Shown: one piece after another, positions 55,142 through 64,000 of the stretch
How positions within the stretch are numbered: position 1 is the first letter of the stretch
How the letters are laid out: every line of letters begins with the position of its first letter
Origin: a virus
IMG/VR virus record: IMGVR_UViG_3300035661_000043
Coordinates: 15,756-79,755 of that record
Direction: 5' to 3' (one strand)
Length of the DNA: 64,000 nt
Translations under genes and position numbers: made by a program
Notes under the pieces: generated by a model
The model's database searches: none
Seen by the model: only the letters and a program-made list of their open reading frames with translations
What the model was told of the DNA's origin: nothing

Positions 55142-55202
55142 CTTTTACACAACTTTTACACAACTTTTACACAACTTTTACACAACTTTTACACAACTTT
55201 TA
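55142..55202 (+). repeat. 11-bp tandem repeat CTTTTACACAA x5.5
   Basis: Direct reading of the sequence. Confidence 0.95.
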
Positions 55203-55607
55203 TGCGGTTTTTTGTTAAAATATATTCATGATCAAATATAACGGTAAATAATATGACGATAGCACTTACTAACTATTCTCGTGTAGTGGCTGCTAGTTAG
55301 TATCTCTCTATCCACAAACCTCACAAAAGTGTCTAGGCATAAGATCATACTACAGTTGAAGTGTGCTGGATTAGAATGAATATGAATTTCAAAAGATGGG
55401 ATTGAATAATGTCTTACATGTCAAAACAACGACAGAAACGAAAACTGCCACACCGTAATTTCTTAGTACCTTTGGTTATCAAGAAGACTGGTTCTGGAAA
55501 ACACAAAGACAAGAAACGTGAATCGAAGGGGAAACATCATGAGTGAATGTTACTGATCACAGGTGAACACCGGATCATATGAAGTTGCTCGCAGAGCCGG
55601 GATCTCG

Positions 55608-56618
55608 TTAAGAGATAACCCATCCCTTAGAAGCATCTACATATGTTAATGTGAGATTTGCATTCATTACATTTACAGTCATGTCTTCTGCAAAGCCCAT
55701 GATGTTTGATCCATTACGCAATAGTGTTGGTGTTACTGTATTACTACTATTGATGATCCGCACCCAGTCACCCATTACTGGGGTTGGAGGAAGTGTTATG
55801 TTTGCAGATGCAGTTAGGATATATGTTCTCTACTGGGTGACCTAAGTGTCTCCTGAAATCACATACACCTATTCTCTGTAATCAAGATTAGCAGAAGGAA
55901 TCTTCCCCACACCAATTCGACCTGATGTCTGAGTGTCACCCTATGCTGTGAATCTAATTCGCTCAATATTGTTTGTATTGATGATGAGATCTTTGTTATC
56001 TACTAGATTGATATAGGCATTACCAGATGCAACCTGCTGGACGATCAACCCTAATGCATTAGATTCATCCTTGACCCTAATACCTGGATTTGTACCTGCT
56101 ACATCTAATTTCCACGCTGGTGATACTACACCCAGTCCGATATTCCCGCTAACATCTTTAACAAACTGGTTGCTACCGATGGTGATCTCAGTTGTGTTGC
56201 CGGTGAAACCGTTGATCGTGGGAAGATTAAGAACTGGAGATGTCAATGTTTTATTTGTCAACGTCTGTACACTGTTTAGAGTCACACTATTAGAAGAAAT
56301 AGATGAAACCTACTGCTGCAGATTTGATATGTCCGAAGTTTGAGTGGATGTTAGAGTCTGTAGTGAACTTATGTTACCAGTATTAGTAGAAACATTTCCC
56401 TGGACAGTCGTGACTGTTCCAGAAAGAGTTGTGACTGTTCCAGAAAGAGTTGATAGGTTAGAATTTGTAGTACTATTCCCACTCTCAACCAATGCAAGTT
56501 CATCTGACAGAGACTTAAAATTGCCGTCAATTTCTTCATTCGTCAGAGGTGAACCCTTGACTGAGGTGCTATTTGGCACAGAAGGGGAACCGGTGCGATA
56601 TTTGATATTGGCTGCCAT
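55608..56618 (-). CDS. Virion fibre/baseplate-type structural protein (336 aa, 5 TAG)
   Basis: KGSPLTNEEIDGNF, coiled coil, QTLTNKTLTSP, GNIGLG, ITLP..GDWV, YVD..GW; one frame through five TAGs. Confidence 0.85.
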
Positions 56619-56671
56619 TATTTCTCCGGGCATAAATTAGTATAGAATATTTGTATTTAATAGGATTCAAC

Positions 56672-57133
56672 ATGACAAACGATTTTTATGCCTCACAAGA
56701 GGGTGCCGCACTGATGCCAAATGGTATGAGGTATTTTCATTTCTATGGACAAGTTGCCCCCAACAAATTTGATCTTATAGTAAAGACGATAAAAGAAGGT
56801 GAGGGATATCCAACACTAGCTGAAGCGCTGTCTAAATCTCTTTCCATGAACCGTAAGCCAGAAGAAGATGAACAGAAGTTTATCGACAAACTCAGACTCT
56901 GGGTGAATATGGATTTCGGCAAAGGACTGGGAGAAGACTATCCAGAACTCAAACTAGTAGCATGGGCTGGAACACACAACACACAAAAGCCTGTTGTCTT
57001 TTACACTTACAAAAACCAAAAGAAGTGGGTAACACATCCACAAATTCAACTCATGGTTCAACGATATGGAGTGTATTATGGGGCTGAAGCAGTTCGGGGA
57101 AAGAAATTACCCAAGTTTCATGATAAAGTGTGA
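56672..57133 (+). CDS. Hypothetical protein
   Basis: ORF with RBS AGGA. Confidence 0.6.
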   Translation: MTNDFYASQEGAALMPNGMRYFHFYGQVAPNKFDLIVKTIKEGEGYPTLAEALSKSLSMNRKPEEDEQKFIDKLRLWVNMDFGKGLGEDYPELKLVAWAGTHNTQKPVVFYTYKNQKKWVTHPQIQLMVQRYGVYYGAEAVRGKKLPKFHDKV

Positions 57134-57443
57134 CTTTTATTGCCTGATGTGATATAATAAACATATCAAAACATCGATACAAAGACATTATGAAACTTGT
57201 TGTGAGACATACCGATGGTGCCCCTTCTACATGGGAATCTAATATTCCAGTAGAAGAATATAGAAAAGCCATGAAAGAAGTTGTCGAATCTATCATTCAA
57301 GAGACCAAAGAAGCACCTCTCGTAGTTCTCGCTAGGATTAAATGAGTGAATGATATAATGGGGAGACTCTACAAGATTAGCCAAGAGTCTCCCTCATCTA
57401 TTTGATTCCGATCTGGCAAACCTCCAATAGGAAAATCTTAATC

Positions 57444-57908
57444 ATGAATGAAGTAGAGTATTCAGTAAATCTTGATGCTATCATCAACACAGAAAAGTAT
57501 ATCCTGGCAAGTGATGTTGCAACTCTAGTGAAAATGAATGGTCATATGACTATTGGTACCATTCTTAAGTCATTAGAATATCACAAACTTACTATGTTCG
57601 TTCAGCACATCGGAGATACAGTTCATATAGAAGAACCTTCTGATGAAACCTGTCATGATGAACTCATGATTCTATCTTTGATCATGTTGCAGGCTGAAGG
57701 TGGGTATATCAATTTCGATGTAGACATGGCAATAAAACACTTGAATCAAGTTGTTTCATTTATCCTCATGGAATCTTTGTTCAGGATGGGGTTAATTGAA
57801 CTGATGCATGACAATCTTTCCTTTGATGAAGCAGCAGCAAATAGAATGATAGCCCGGGCTACTCCAGCAGGAAAGAAATTCTCTCAGAGGCAAGATGATG
57901 TTTCTTAA
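57444..57908 (+). CDS. Hypothetical protein
   Basis: ORF in an operon with the kinase gene. Confidence 0.6.
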   Translation: MNEVEYSVNLDAIINTEKYILASDVATLVKMNGHMTIGTILKSLEYHKLTMFVQHIGDTVHIEEPSDETCHDELMILSLIMLQAEGGYINFDVDMAIKHLNQVVSFILMESLFRMGLIELMHDNLSFDEAAANRMIARATPAGKKFSQRQDDVS

Positions 57909-58097
57909 TTTTGTAGAATATTTGTTCTCATTCTCTAGGGTTGTTGGTATTCTTCTCATTTCATATGGTGGTGTGCTGGCAGTTATCCCAGATTCAAATA
58001 CTTTGAATGTAATAGGCATGATAAGTTATTACCTCGGCACATATCAGGCATTCGTTATGGCACCCGACATTGAAAATCTAGATGGAGAATATTCAGT

Positions 58098-58751
58098 ATG
58101 ACAGTATATGTTTGTTTGGAAGGTGGAGAGGGTTGCTACAAAACAACCATGACAAAAGCTCTGGCAGAATACTATCGCGACAAGGGGTTTAAAGTACTTG
58201 AGACAAAAGAACCAGGCACACAACATCTTCCTGTGACTATGAAATTACGGGAATTGATGTTGAGTAATGAGTTTGACAATGATCTGACTCCTGCCGCTCG
58301 AGAACTAATTTCTCAGGCCATTCGTTCTATTCATATCGAAAAGTTGATCATTCCTGCAATCTTGAAAGATGAGTACGATCTTATTATCCAGGACCGCGGA
58401 GTCTTCTCTGGTCGTATCTATGCCACAGCGTGTGGTATTTCTGGTGATCACATTGAGAACTTGGAAGACTTTATCATGGAAGATTTCTACCAAAGATGGG
58501 ATATTCTCTACGATCATGTCTTTGTATTCCATAATGAAGGTGGTTTGAAGACCGCGACTGAAGCAAAAAATGAATTTGGAGTTGGTGATGCTATGGAATC
58601 TCGTGGCGATGCATTTCATGAACATGTGAATAATTCTTTTATGAAATTAGACACAAGTGATCTTACTTCCTACACAATGAGTCATCATGATGTGGCAGGA
58701 AAGACTACACATGATTTGGTAGAAGAATGCGCAAAGATACTTAATCTGTGA
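58098..58751 (+). CDS. tmk: Thymidylate kinase
   Basis: EGGEGCYKTT, TKEPG, IQDRG. Confidence 0.88.
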   Translation: MTVYVCLEGGEGCYKTTMTKALAEYYRDKGFKVLETKEPGTQHLPVTMKLRELMLSNEFDNDLTPAARELISQAIRSIHIEKLIIPAILKDEYDLIIQDRGVFSGRIYATACGISGDHIENLEDFIMEDFYQRWDILYDHVFVFHNEGGLKTATEAKNEFGVGDAMESRGDAFHEHVNNSFMKLDTSDLTSYTMSHHDVAGKTTHDLVEECAKILNL

Positions 58752-58769
58752 CGACATGAAAGGAAGAAT

Positions 58770-59273
58770 ATGAAGTTTACCGAAATTAGCACGAAGTCTA
58801 AGCAAAAGCTGACAGACCAGGACAAATTGGCAAAATTCAATGATGTGATGAGATCTAACTGTCTAGATAGAAATAACATCCGGGACATCGAGCTGATTGG
58901 TTCTAATCGCTTTGATCTCTCAACGGAGAATAGCGACTATGATTATATTGTTCCAGATGATTCTGAGTCTTTGGATTATATTATTGAGAAATTTCATGAA
59001 TTTGACATTGAGTTTAATGTAGGTGAACCCATTGAGTATCTTATTGGAGGATCGGACGAGACAGGAACAGTAGGTGTTGTCTATGCTATGAACAAGAGAA
59101 TCAATATTATCGTTAAAGAGAAAGAATCATTCGAACTTTGCCGAACAGTCTTTGCCGGTATCACGGAGGATTTCTTCAAGAAGAATCTTTGGAAGAGCAA
59201 CCCAGAAACACCTATTACAACTAAACAAGTGCGAGAACGACTTTCTCTCTTGATGAAATTTGTTGGCTGTTGA
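58770..59273 (+). CDS. Minimal nucleotidyltransferase-like protein
   Basis: IGS..F....SDYDY. Confidence 0.6.
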   Translation: MKFTEISTKSKQKLTDQDKLAKFNDVMRSNCLDRNNIRDIELIGSNRFDLSTENSDYDYIVPDDSESLDYIIEKFHEFDIEFNVGEPIEYLIGGSDETGTVGVVYAMNKRINIIVKEKESFELCRTVFAGITEDFFKKNLWKSNPETPITTKQVRERLSLLMKFVGC

Positions 59274-59344
59274 ATGTAAAAATCGAAACTTAAATTCTGT
59301 CTTGTGTTATAATAACTCATCATCATCAAAACACAGAGTTTAAA

Positions 59345-59617
59345 ATGGCAAAACGGCTGACAGTAAATCACTTCTCCCAGGAAGTACTAGTGCTCTCTGA
59401 TTTGGTATTGCAACGGTTTCAAGTGCAAGAAGATACAAAGAACTTAAGTTATGAGGTTCTCTGTGATCTTACTTCTGGATATGTTCAGTTATTCTTGACA
59501 GATCTTGCTTTCCAGGGAGAGTCTAGGTCTGTAATGTTGAAAAAGATCAAAGATCGTTGCCATACTGTTTGTGTACAGATCAATGCTATCAAATCTGGTA
59601 CCACTGTTTCCCTTTAA
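59345..59617 (+). CDS. Hypothetical protein
   Basis: Follows a promoter, precedes rIIA. Confidence 0.55.
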   Translation: MAKRLTVNHFSQEVLVLSDLVLQRFQVQEDTKNLSYEVLCDLTSGYVQLFLTDLAFQGESRSVMLKKIKDRCHTVCVQINAIKSGTTVSL

Positions 59618-59637
59618 ACACAACTGAATTCCATATT

Positions 59638-61662
59638 ATGATTATTACTGATCAAGTAGAAAATCGACCAACTCTGAGTTCTGCTATTACTGATACTAAT
59701 CAGTTCACTATCAAGAACTCGGCAAAAGCTTTCCATATTCTTTCTACATCTCTCTACTCCGATACCAAGCTTGCAATTCTCCGTGAACTTGGGTGTAATG
59801 CTCGAGACAGCCACGTAGAAGCAGGTCAGACTAAACCCTGGCGTTTGCACTTGCCGACATTGGTAAATCCAATGCTAGAGATTGAAGACTATGGTGTTGG
59901 ATTGGATCATGATCAGGTCATGAACATGTTCACCACATTCTTTGAATCAACAAAGACTGATTCTAATGAATTCGTTGGTGCTCTGGGTCTCGGTTCGAAG
60001 TCTCCATTTAGCTACACAGATAACTTTACTGTGATTACCATTAAGAATGGTGTGCGGAATGTCTATTCTGCTTATAAGACTGATGCTGGTGTTCCGGCTA
60101 TCGCTCGGATGCACACAGAACAGACTGATGCTGGCAATGGTGTGCTGATTCAGATTGCAGCAAAGACTCAGGATTTCAACGACTTTGAGCAGAAAGCACG
60201 ACAAGCACTTGCTTTCTTTGATCAATTGCCCACGTGCAATAAAAATCTTGCTAAGGCAATGCTAAAACCTTTCGCACCATTCGGTACTGATCTTGGTGCA
60301 GAACAAGCTACGGGTTATACCTCTCCATCTGTAGTGATGGGTGGCATTGCTTATAGGATCGAATCTAGTCGTAAAGAGTTTCAACAATACGGCACTCTGC
60401 TATCGCATAAGATTATCCTCCGCGCAAACATCGGTGATGTTGAGATGACTCCTTCTCGAGAGGGATTGACTTACAATAAGCAGACAACTGATTGGATTGT
60501 CTCTAGGTTGGAAGATCTCACGCATAAAATTCAGATTGAACTTGAGAAGAAAGTAGCCGAGTATACTTCAAAGTGGGAATTGGCTAAGTTTTTGGTCGGG
60601 CAAAATGAAAATTATTCACTGTACAGCGCTGCAGTGGAGCGTCTCATCAAAATTCATTTCCCAGATGGGATCCCAAAACTTACCTTTGAAGAAGCTGAAC
60701 TTCGACAGTACGATATTCGAATGTCCAAGTATGTACAGAAGGTTAGCGGTTATGGAAAGACTAAACCAAATCTTCAACCCACTGCATTCGGATTGTCGGC
60801 ATCCGACATGTCACAGAGTAGTTACAGGTTTCGTGGTAAAAGATACAATTTCATGTTCGACGATTCCAAAGTCCGAGTGATGGATATGCTCAACTGTAAT
60901 ATTGATGGGGATGTTTATCTGTTCCAGAGTAAAAATCCAGCAGCAGAAGAGTTCATCAAGAAGAAACTTAGTGAAACTGAATTTAGTCTGATGTATACTT
61001 CCGCACATGTGAATAAGGTAGCATCTCAGAAACGTGAGAAGATTGACTTCTATAAGTTTGATGTTGTAGAGATCGGTGGTTACCACACCCGTAGGAAAAT
61101 ATTGAAGGCAATTCGTTGCTCTGGGTCAGTTCCTGCAGCTGCGATGTTTTGGGTCCAGATGAGAGGATCAAATATTGATGCAGATGTGTTGCTTGGTACA
61201 AATCTTCTCAATCAAGATTTGATTCAGTTTATCGAGAAACACCCCAATAAGGTAGTTGGATTCTCAAAGACATCGAAGTCCCCAAAGGGGAAGTTGATCG
61301 ATTTGACTAAACATCTTCAGGGTGTATTCGATAAAGAGGTTGCTCGTATCAAGACTCCAGAAGGATTGGAAGAGGCTGTTATTCAACAATGGTCGAAGTT
61401 CGGATATGACAACATCCCAGATCTTTCCGATGCAGATATTGCTCTTTTGGATGACAAGACTCTAGCCAAAATGGCTACCATCAAAAAATCTAAGTCAGAG
61501 ACGTTCCTATTCCTCTCTAGAATTAAAAATCTCGTGCCAACATTCGAGGTGAAACACACCGAGATTTTTTCCCACCTTCAAAAGCATTATTCTGTCATCA
61601 ACTTCAACTCTGATTACAAATATAAAGTAGCGTTGATGAACTTCATCTTCAACAGCAAGTAA
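59638..61662 (+). CDS. rIIA: rIIA protein
   Basis: LYSD..AILREL..NARDSH, DYGVG, STK, GALGLGSKSPFSYTD, PSREGL. Confidence 0.93.
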   Translation: MIITDQVENRPTLSSAITDTNQFTIKNSAKAFHILSTSLYSDTKLAILRELGCNARDSHVEAGQTKPWRLHLPTLVNPMLEIEDYGVGLDHDQVMNMFTTFFESTKTDSNEFVGALGLGSKSPFSYTDNFTVITIKNGVRNVYSAYKTDAGVPAIARMHTEQTDAGNGVLIQIAAKTQDFNDFEQKARQALAFFDQLPTCNKNLAKAMLKPFAPFGTDLGAEQATGYTSPSVVMGGIAYRIESSRKEFQQYGTLLSHKIILRANIGDVEMTPSREGLTYNKQTTDWIVSRLEDLTHKIQIELEKKVAEYTSKWELAKFLVGQNENYSLYSAAVERLIKIHFPDGIPKLTFEEAELRQYDIRMSKYVQKVSGYGKTKPNLQPTAFGLSASDMSQSSYRFRGKRYNFMFDDSKVRVMDMLNCNIDGDVYLFQSKNPAAEEFIKKKLSETEFSLMYTSAHVNKVASQKREKIDFYKFDVVEIGGYHTRRKILKAIRCSGSVPAAAMFWVQMRGSNIDADVLLGTNLLNQDLIQFIEKHPNKVVGFSKTSKSPKGKLIDLTKHLQGVFDKEVARIKTPEGLEEAVIQQWSKFGYDNIPDLSDADIALLDDKTLAKMATIKKSKSETFLFLSRIKNLVPTFEVKHTEIFSHLQKHYSVINFNSDYKYKVALMNFIFNSK

Positions 61663-61713
61663 TTTCTACTGGTGTATAATACATATATCAACACAACCAA
61701 GAAAGGTAACATC

Positions 61714-62667
61714 ATGATCCCATTTATTCTCCAAGGCAGCAATATTGTTCTTTACGTCAATGGTCAACCAGTAATTGTTGACACGACACATGTCAATTAC
61801 AAAGCAGTCAAAGAAGCAATTGTCGCCCAAGACTGGGAAACAGTAAAAGAAATGGCTACAGTGAAAGCCGCTGTGGCAAAAGCATCGAATGGCCGAGTAT
61901 CGGTATCCGAAGATCAAGTCATGTTCGATGGTGTTGTAGTACATAATGCACTGTCGCGACGCATGATTCAGATGTTTGCTGAGGGGTTCCCTATCGTGCA
62001 CTTCTGTAAGTTCATGGAAAACTTGGATGCAAATCCTTCCTTCCGTGCTCGCAATGAACTGTATGGCTTCTTGGAAGCATGCAATCTACCCATCACGGAT
62101 GATGGTTGCTTCTTGGCATATAAGAAGATCAAGTCTGACTGGACTGATTGCTACACAGGCAAGATTGATAACAGCATCGGTTCTAAACCCACTATGCCAC
62201 GTCGAGATGTGAACGAAGATCCTAATCAGACTTGCTCTGCTGGTCTACATGTATGTTCATATTCTTACTTGGAGTCTTACGGTGGAGATCGTATTGTAGC
62301 AGTCAAGGTAAATCCTGCTGATGTAGTAGCAGTGCCGACTGACTACTACGACACAAAGATGCGTGTGTGCCAGTATGAAGTAGTGGAAGAACTGCCATTT
62401 GAAGCGGCACAAAAAGATGATGTACTGAGTGCAGGACCTGTTGTCCGTACAGGTTACATTCAGCCCACCCCTCGTAAGATTTCTTACATGGTGGAAGATG
62501 TTCTGGAATATATGACACCTGATCAATTTGAGAAGTTGGTGAACCATCTCGAATGTGATGAGTCAGGTGCCGAACTCGATATCGAGTACTACAACTATTT
62601 GGATCTCATCGATACTGTCAAGATTAGCCGTATTCGTAAGGCAATCGATGCCCTAGGTCTGGTATAA
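61714..62667 (+). CDS. rIIB: rIIB protein
   Basis: NPS..ELYGFL, ITDDGCFLAYK, TCSAGLH, VNPADVVAVP.DY, KMRVC.Y. Confidence 0.93.
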   Translation: MIPFILQGSNIVLYVNGQPVIVDTTHVNYKAVKEAIVAQDWETVKEMATVKAAVAKASNGRVSVSEDQVMFDGVVVHNALSRRMIQMFAEGFPIVHFCKFMENLDANPSFRARNELYGFLEACNLPITDDGCFLAYKKIKSDWTDCYTGKIDNSIGSKPTMPRRDVNEDPNQTCSAGLHVCSYSYLESYGGDRIVAVKVNPADVVAVPTDYYDTKMRVCQYEVVEELPFEAAQKDDVLSAGPVVRTGYIQPTPRKISYMVEDVLEYMTPDQFEKLVNHLECDESGAELDIEYYNYLDLIDTVKISRIRKAIDALGLV

Positions 62668-62673
62668 AGTAGA

Positions 62674-62940
62674 ATGACTAAACTGACCGAGTCTGATATG
62701 GTAGACTTGGTTGTGGAACTAGCTCAACAAGTGGAATCTACGGATTCTATAGATTGGGCTATGTTTCCTACCAGTGAAGATAGTCTATACAGAGTAGCAG
62801 CAACACAGATCCTAGAAAATTTTAATATGATCAAGAACAAAGATGATCAGATCATGATGCTTCTTGCCACCACTGTAAAATTAGTAGTAGAGAATGCAGT
62901 TCTGAATTACCAGGTTCTGTCTCATCAAAAACCATTCTAA
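62674..62940 (+). CDS. Hypothetical protein
   Basis: IDW..KLVVENAVLN. Confidence 0.6.
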   Translation: MTKLTESDMVDLVVELAQQVESTDSIDWAMFPTSEDSLYRVAATQILENFNMIKNKDDQIMMLLATTVKLVVENAVLNYQVLSHQKPF

Positions 62941-63360
62941 TATGAGTAGATCACGGGCTTTTTGTAAGAAAGTAGCCGGATTCAATACTTCGTTATAGCA
63001 AAGAGGTCTCAGAGTCTAGAAATAGATCGGTCTGGGACCTTTCGCTTTATTGTAGGCACATATCTTGTTCGGGTACATCATGATAGAATAACTGGCAGAA
63101 CCTCATGAGGTTCTAATGGATTCAGATGACAGAATGGATAGACTCTGAGTGAAGTAGGCAAAGGATTTAGCTAGGTTTGCAAAACTTCTGGAAATTCTGC
63201 TACAATTCTCCACATACAGCAGATCATGACTTCAGTCTTCTAGAAGCATTCTGCGGGAATCACAATATTCCAGATATTGAAGACAAGATCAAAATCAGTG
63301 GCTATAACTAAGCTTTTATTCATTCTTGTTGTATAATACATCCATACCAAAGGAAACCTT

Positions 63361-63990
63361 ATGCAATCCAACATAGTTACCCAACCTTTTGTTACCAGTT
63401 TGAATGCAATTCGTGAGCATAAACCTTGCACAAAAGGTTGGACTAAACTTCTCAAACACTTGAAGAAGACTCAAGCTGATGATGAAGAACTTAACTTGTT
63501 GACAGTTCTGGAATCAAATGGGTTGGATGATGCTCTGTGGTGCCTGAGGGCTGTTAAAGGACAAGATAAAGCTATCCGGTTGTACGCTGTCTGGTGTGCC
63601 CGGCAGGTACAACACTTGATGAAAGACCAGCGCAGTCTAGATGCTCTAGACATGGCTGAAAAGTTTGCTAAGGGTGAAGCTACAGAACAAGAACTAGAAG
63701 ATGCTTCTAACTCTGCTTATGATTCTGCTCACACTGCTAATACTGCTCGCGATGCTGCTGCTAATGCTGCCGCTTATGCTGCTTACGGTGCTGCTTACGG
63801 TGCTGCTCGCGATGCTGCTTACGGTGCTGCTTACGGTGCTGCTCGCGATGCTGCTAACTCTTCTTACGCTGCTGCTCGCGGTGCTGCTTACAGTGCTGCT
63901 TACAGTGCTAATTCCGCTGCTGCTCGCGCTTCAGCCAAAGCAAAACAAAAACAAGAACTTATCCTGGTTCTCAACGGCAAGTACAGCTAA
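63361..63990 (+). CDS. Hypothetical protein with Ala-rich AAYG/AARD repeats
   Basis: PCTKGWTKLL, SNGLDDALW, LYAVWCAR; 12-bp repeats at 63720-63930. Confidence 0.7.
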   Translation: MQSNIVTQPFVTSLNAIREHKPCTKGWTKLLKHLKKTQADDEELNLLTVLESNGLDDALWCLRAVKGQDKAIRLYAVWCARQVQHLMKDQRSLDALDMAEKFAKGEATEQELEDASNSAYDSAHTANTARDAAANAAAYAAYGAAYGAARDAAYGAAYGAARDAANSSYAAARGAAYSAAYSANSAAARASAKAKQKQELILVLNGKYS

Positions 63991-64000
63991 TTTCTACTAC

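Noticed and set aside
62942-63310. TAG-rich ORF after the rII region
   Set aside because: Frames are also broken by TAA or TGA and no motif is recognisable; left unannotated
63720-63930. Ala-rich repeats as a diversity-generating system
   Set aside because: Low-complexity coding repeats with no template repeat or reverse transcriptase in the window

Overview
This window is 64 kb of a T4-like myophage genome. It holds the head module (gp20, gp67, gp21, gp22, gp23), gp3, uvsY/uvsW, gp55/47/46/45/44/62, regA, a split gp43, uvsX, gp41, a large tRNA/ncRNA cluster, topoisomerase gp39/60/52, rIIA/rIIB and many small accessory ORFs. The main result is that the phage appears to read TAG as serine. 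Dozens of in-frame TAGs interrupt essential genes at positions where homologs carry Ser, one of them is the +1 nucleophile of an intein in the portal protein, no confident gene ends in TAG, and a Ser-type tRNA with a CUA anticodon lies at 41765-41854. The window also contains a T4 gene-60-like translational bypass (48-nt gap, GGT-TAG take-off with a UUCG hairpin, GGC landing). Other notable elements are a three-piece DNA polymerase with a split intein at its catalytic motif, an Azoarcus-type group I intron in tRNA(CAU), a circularly permuted tmRNA, intact and decayed homing endonucleases, and several unexplained structured RNAs. Homolog sequences are quoted from memory and no searches were run.
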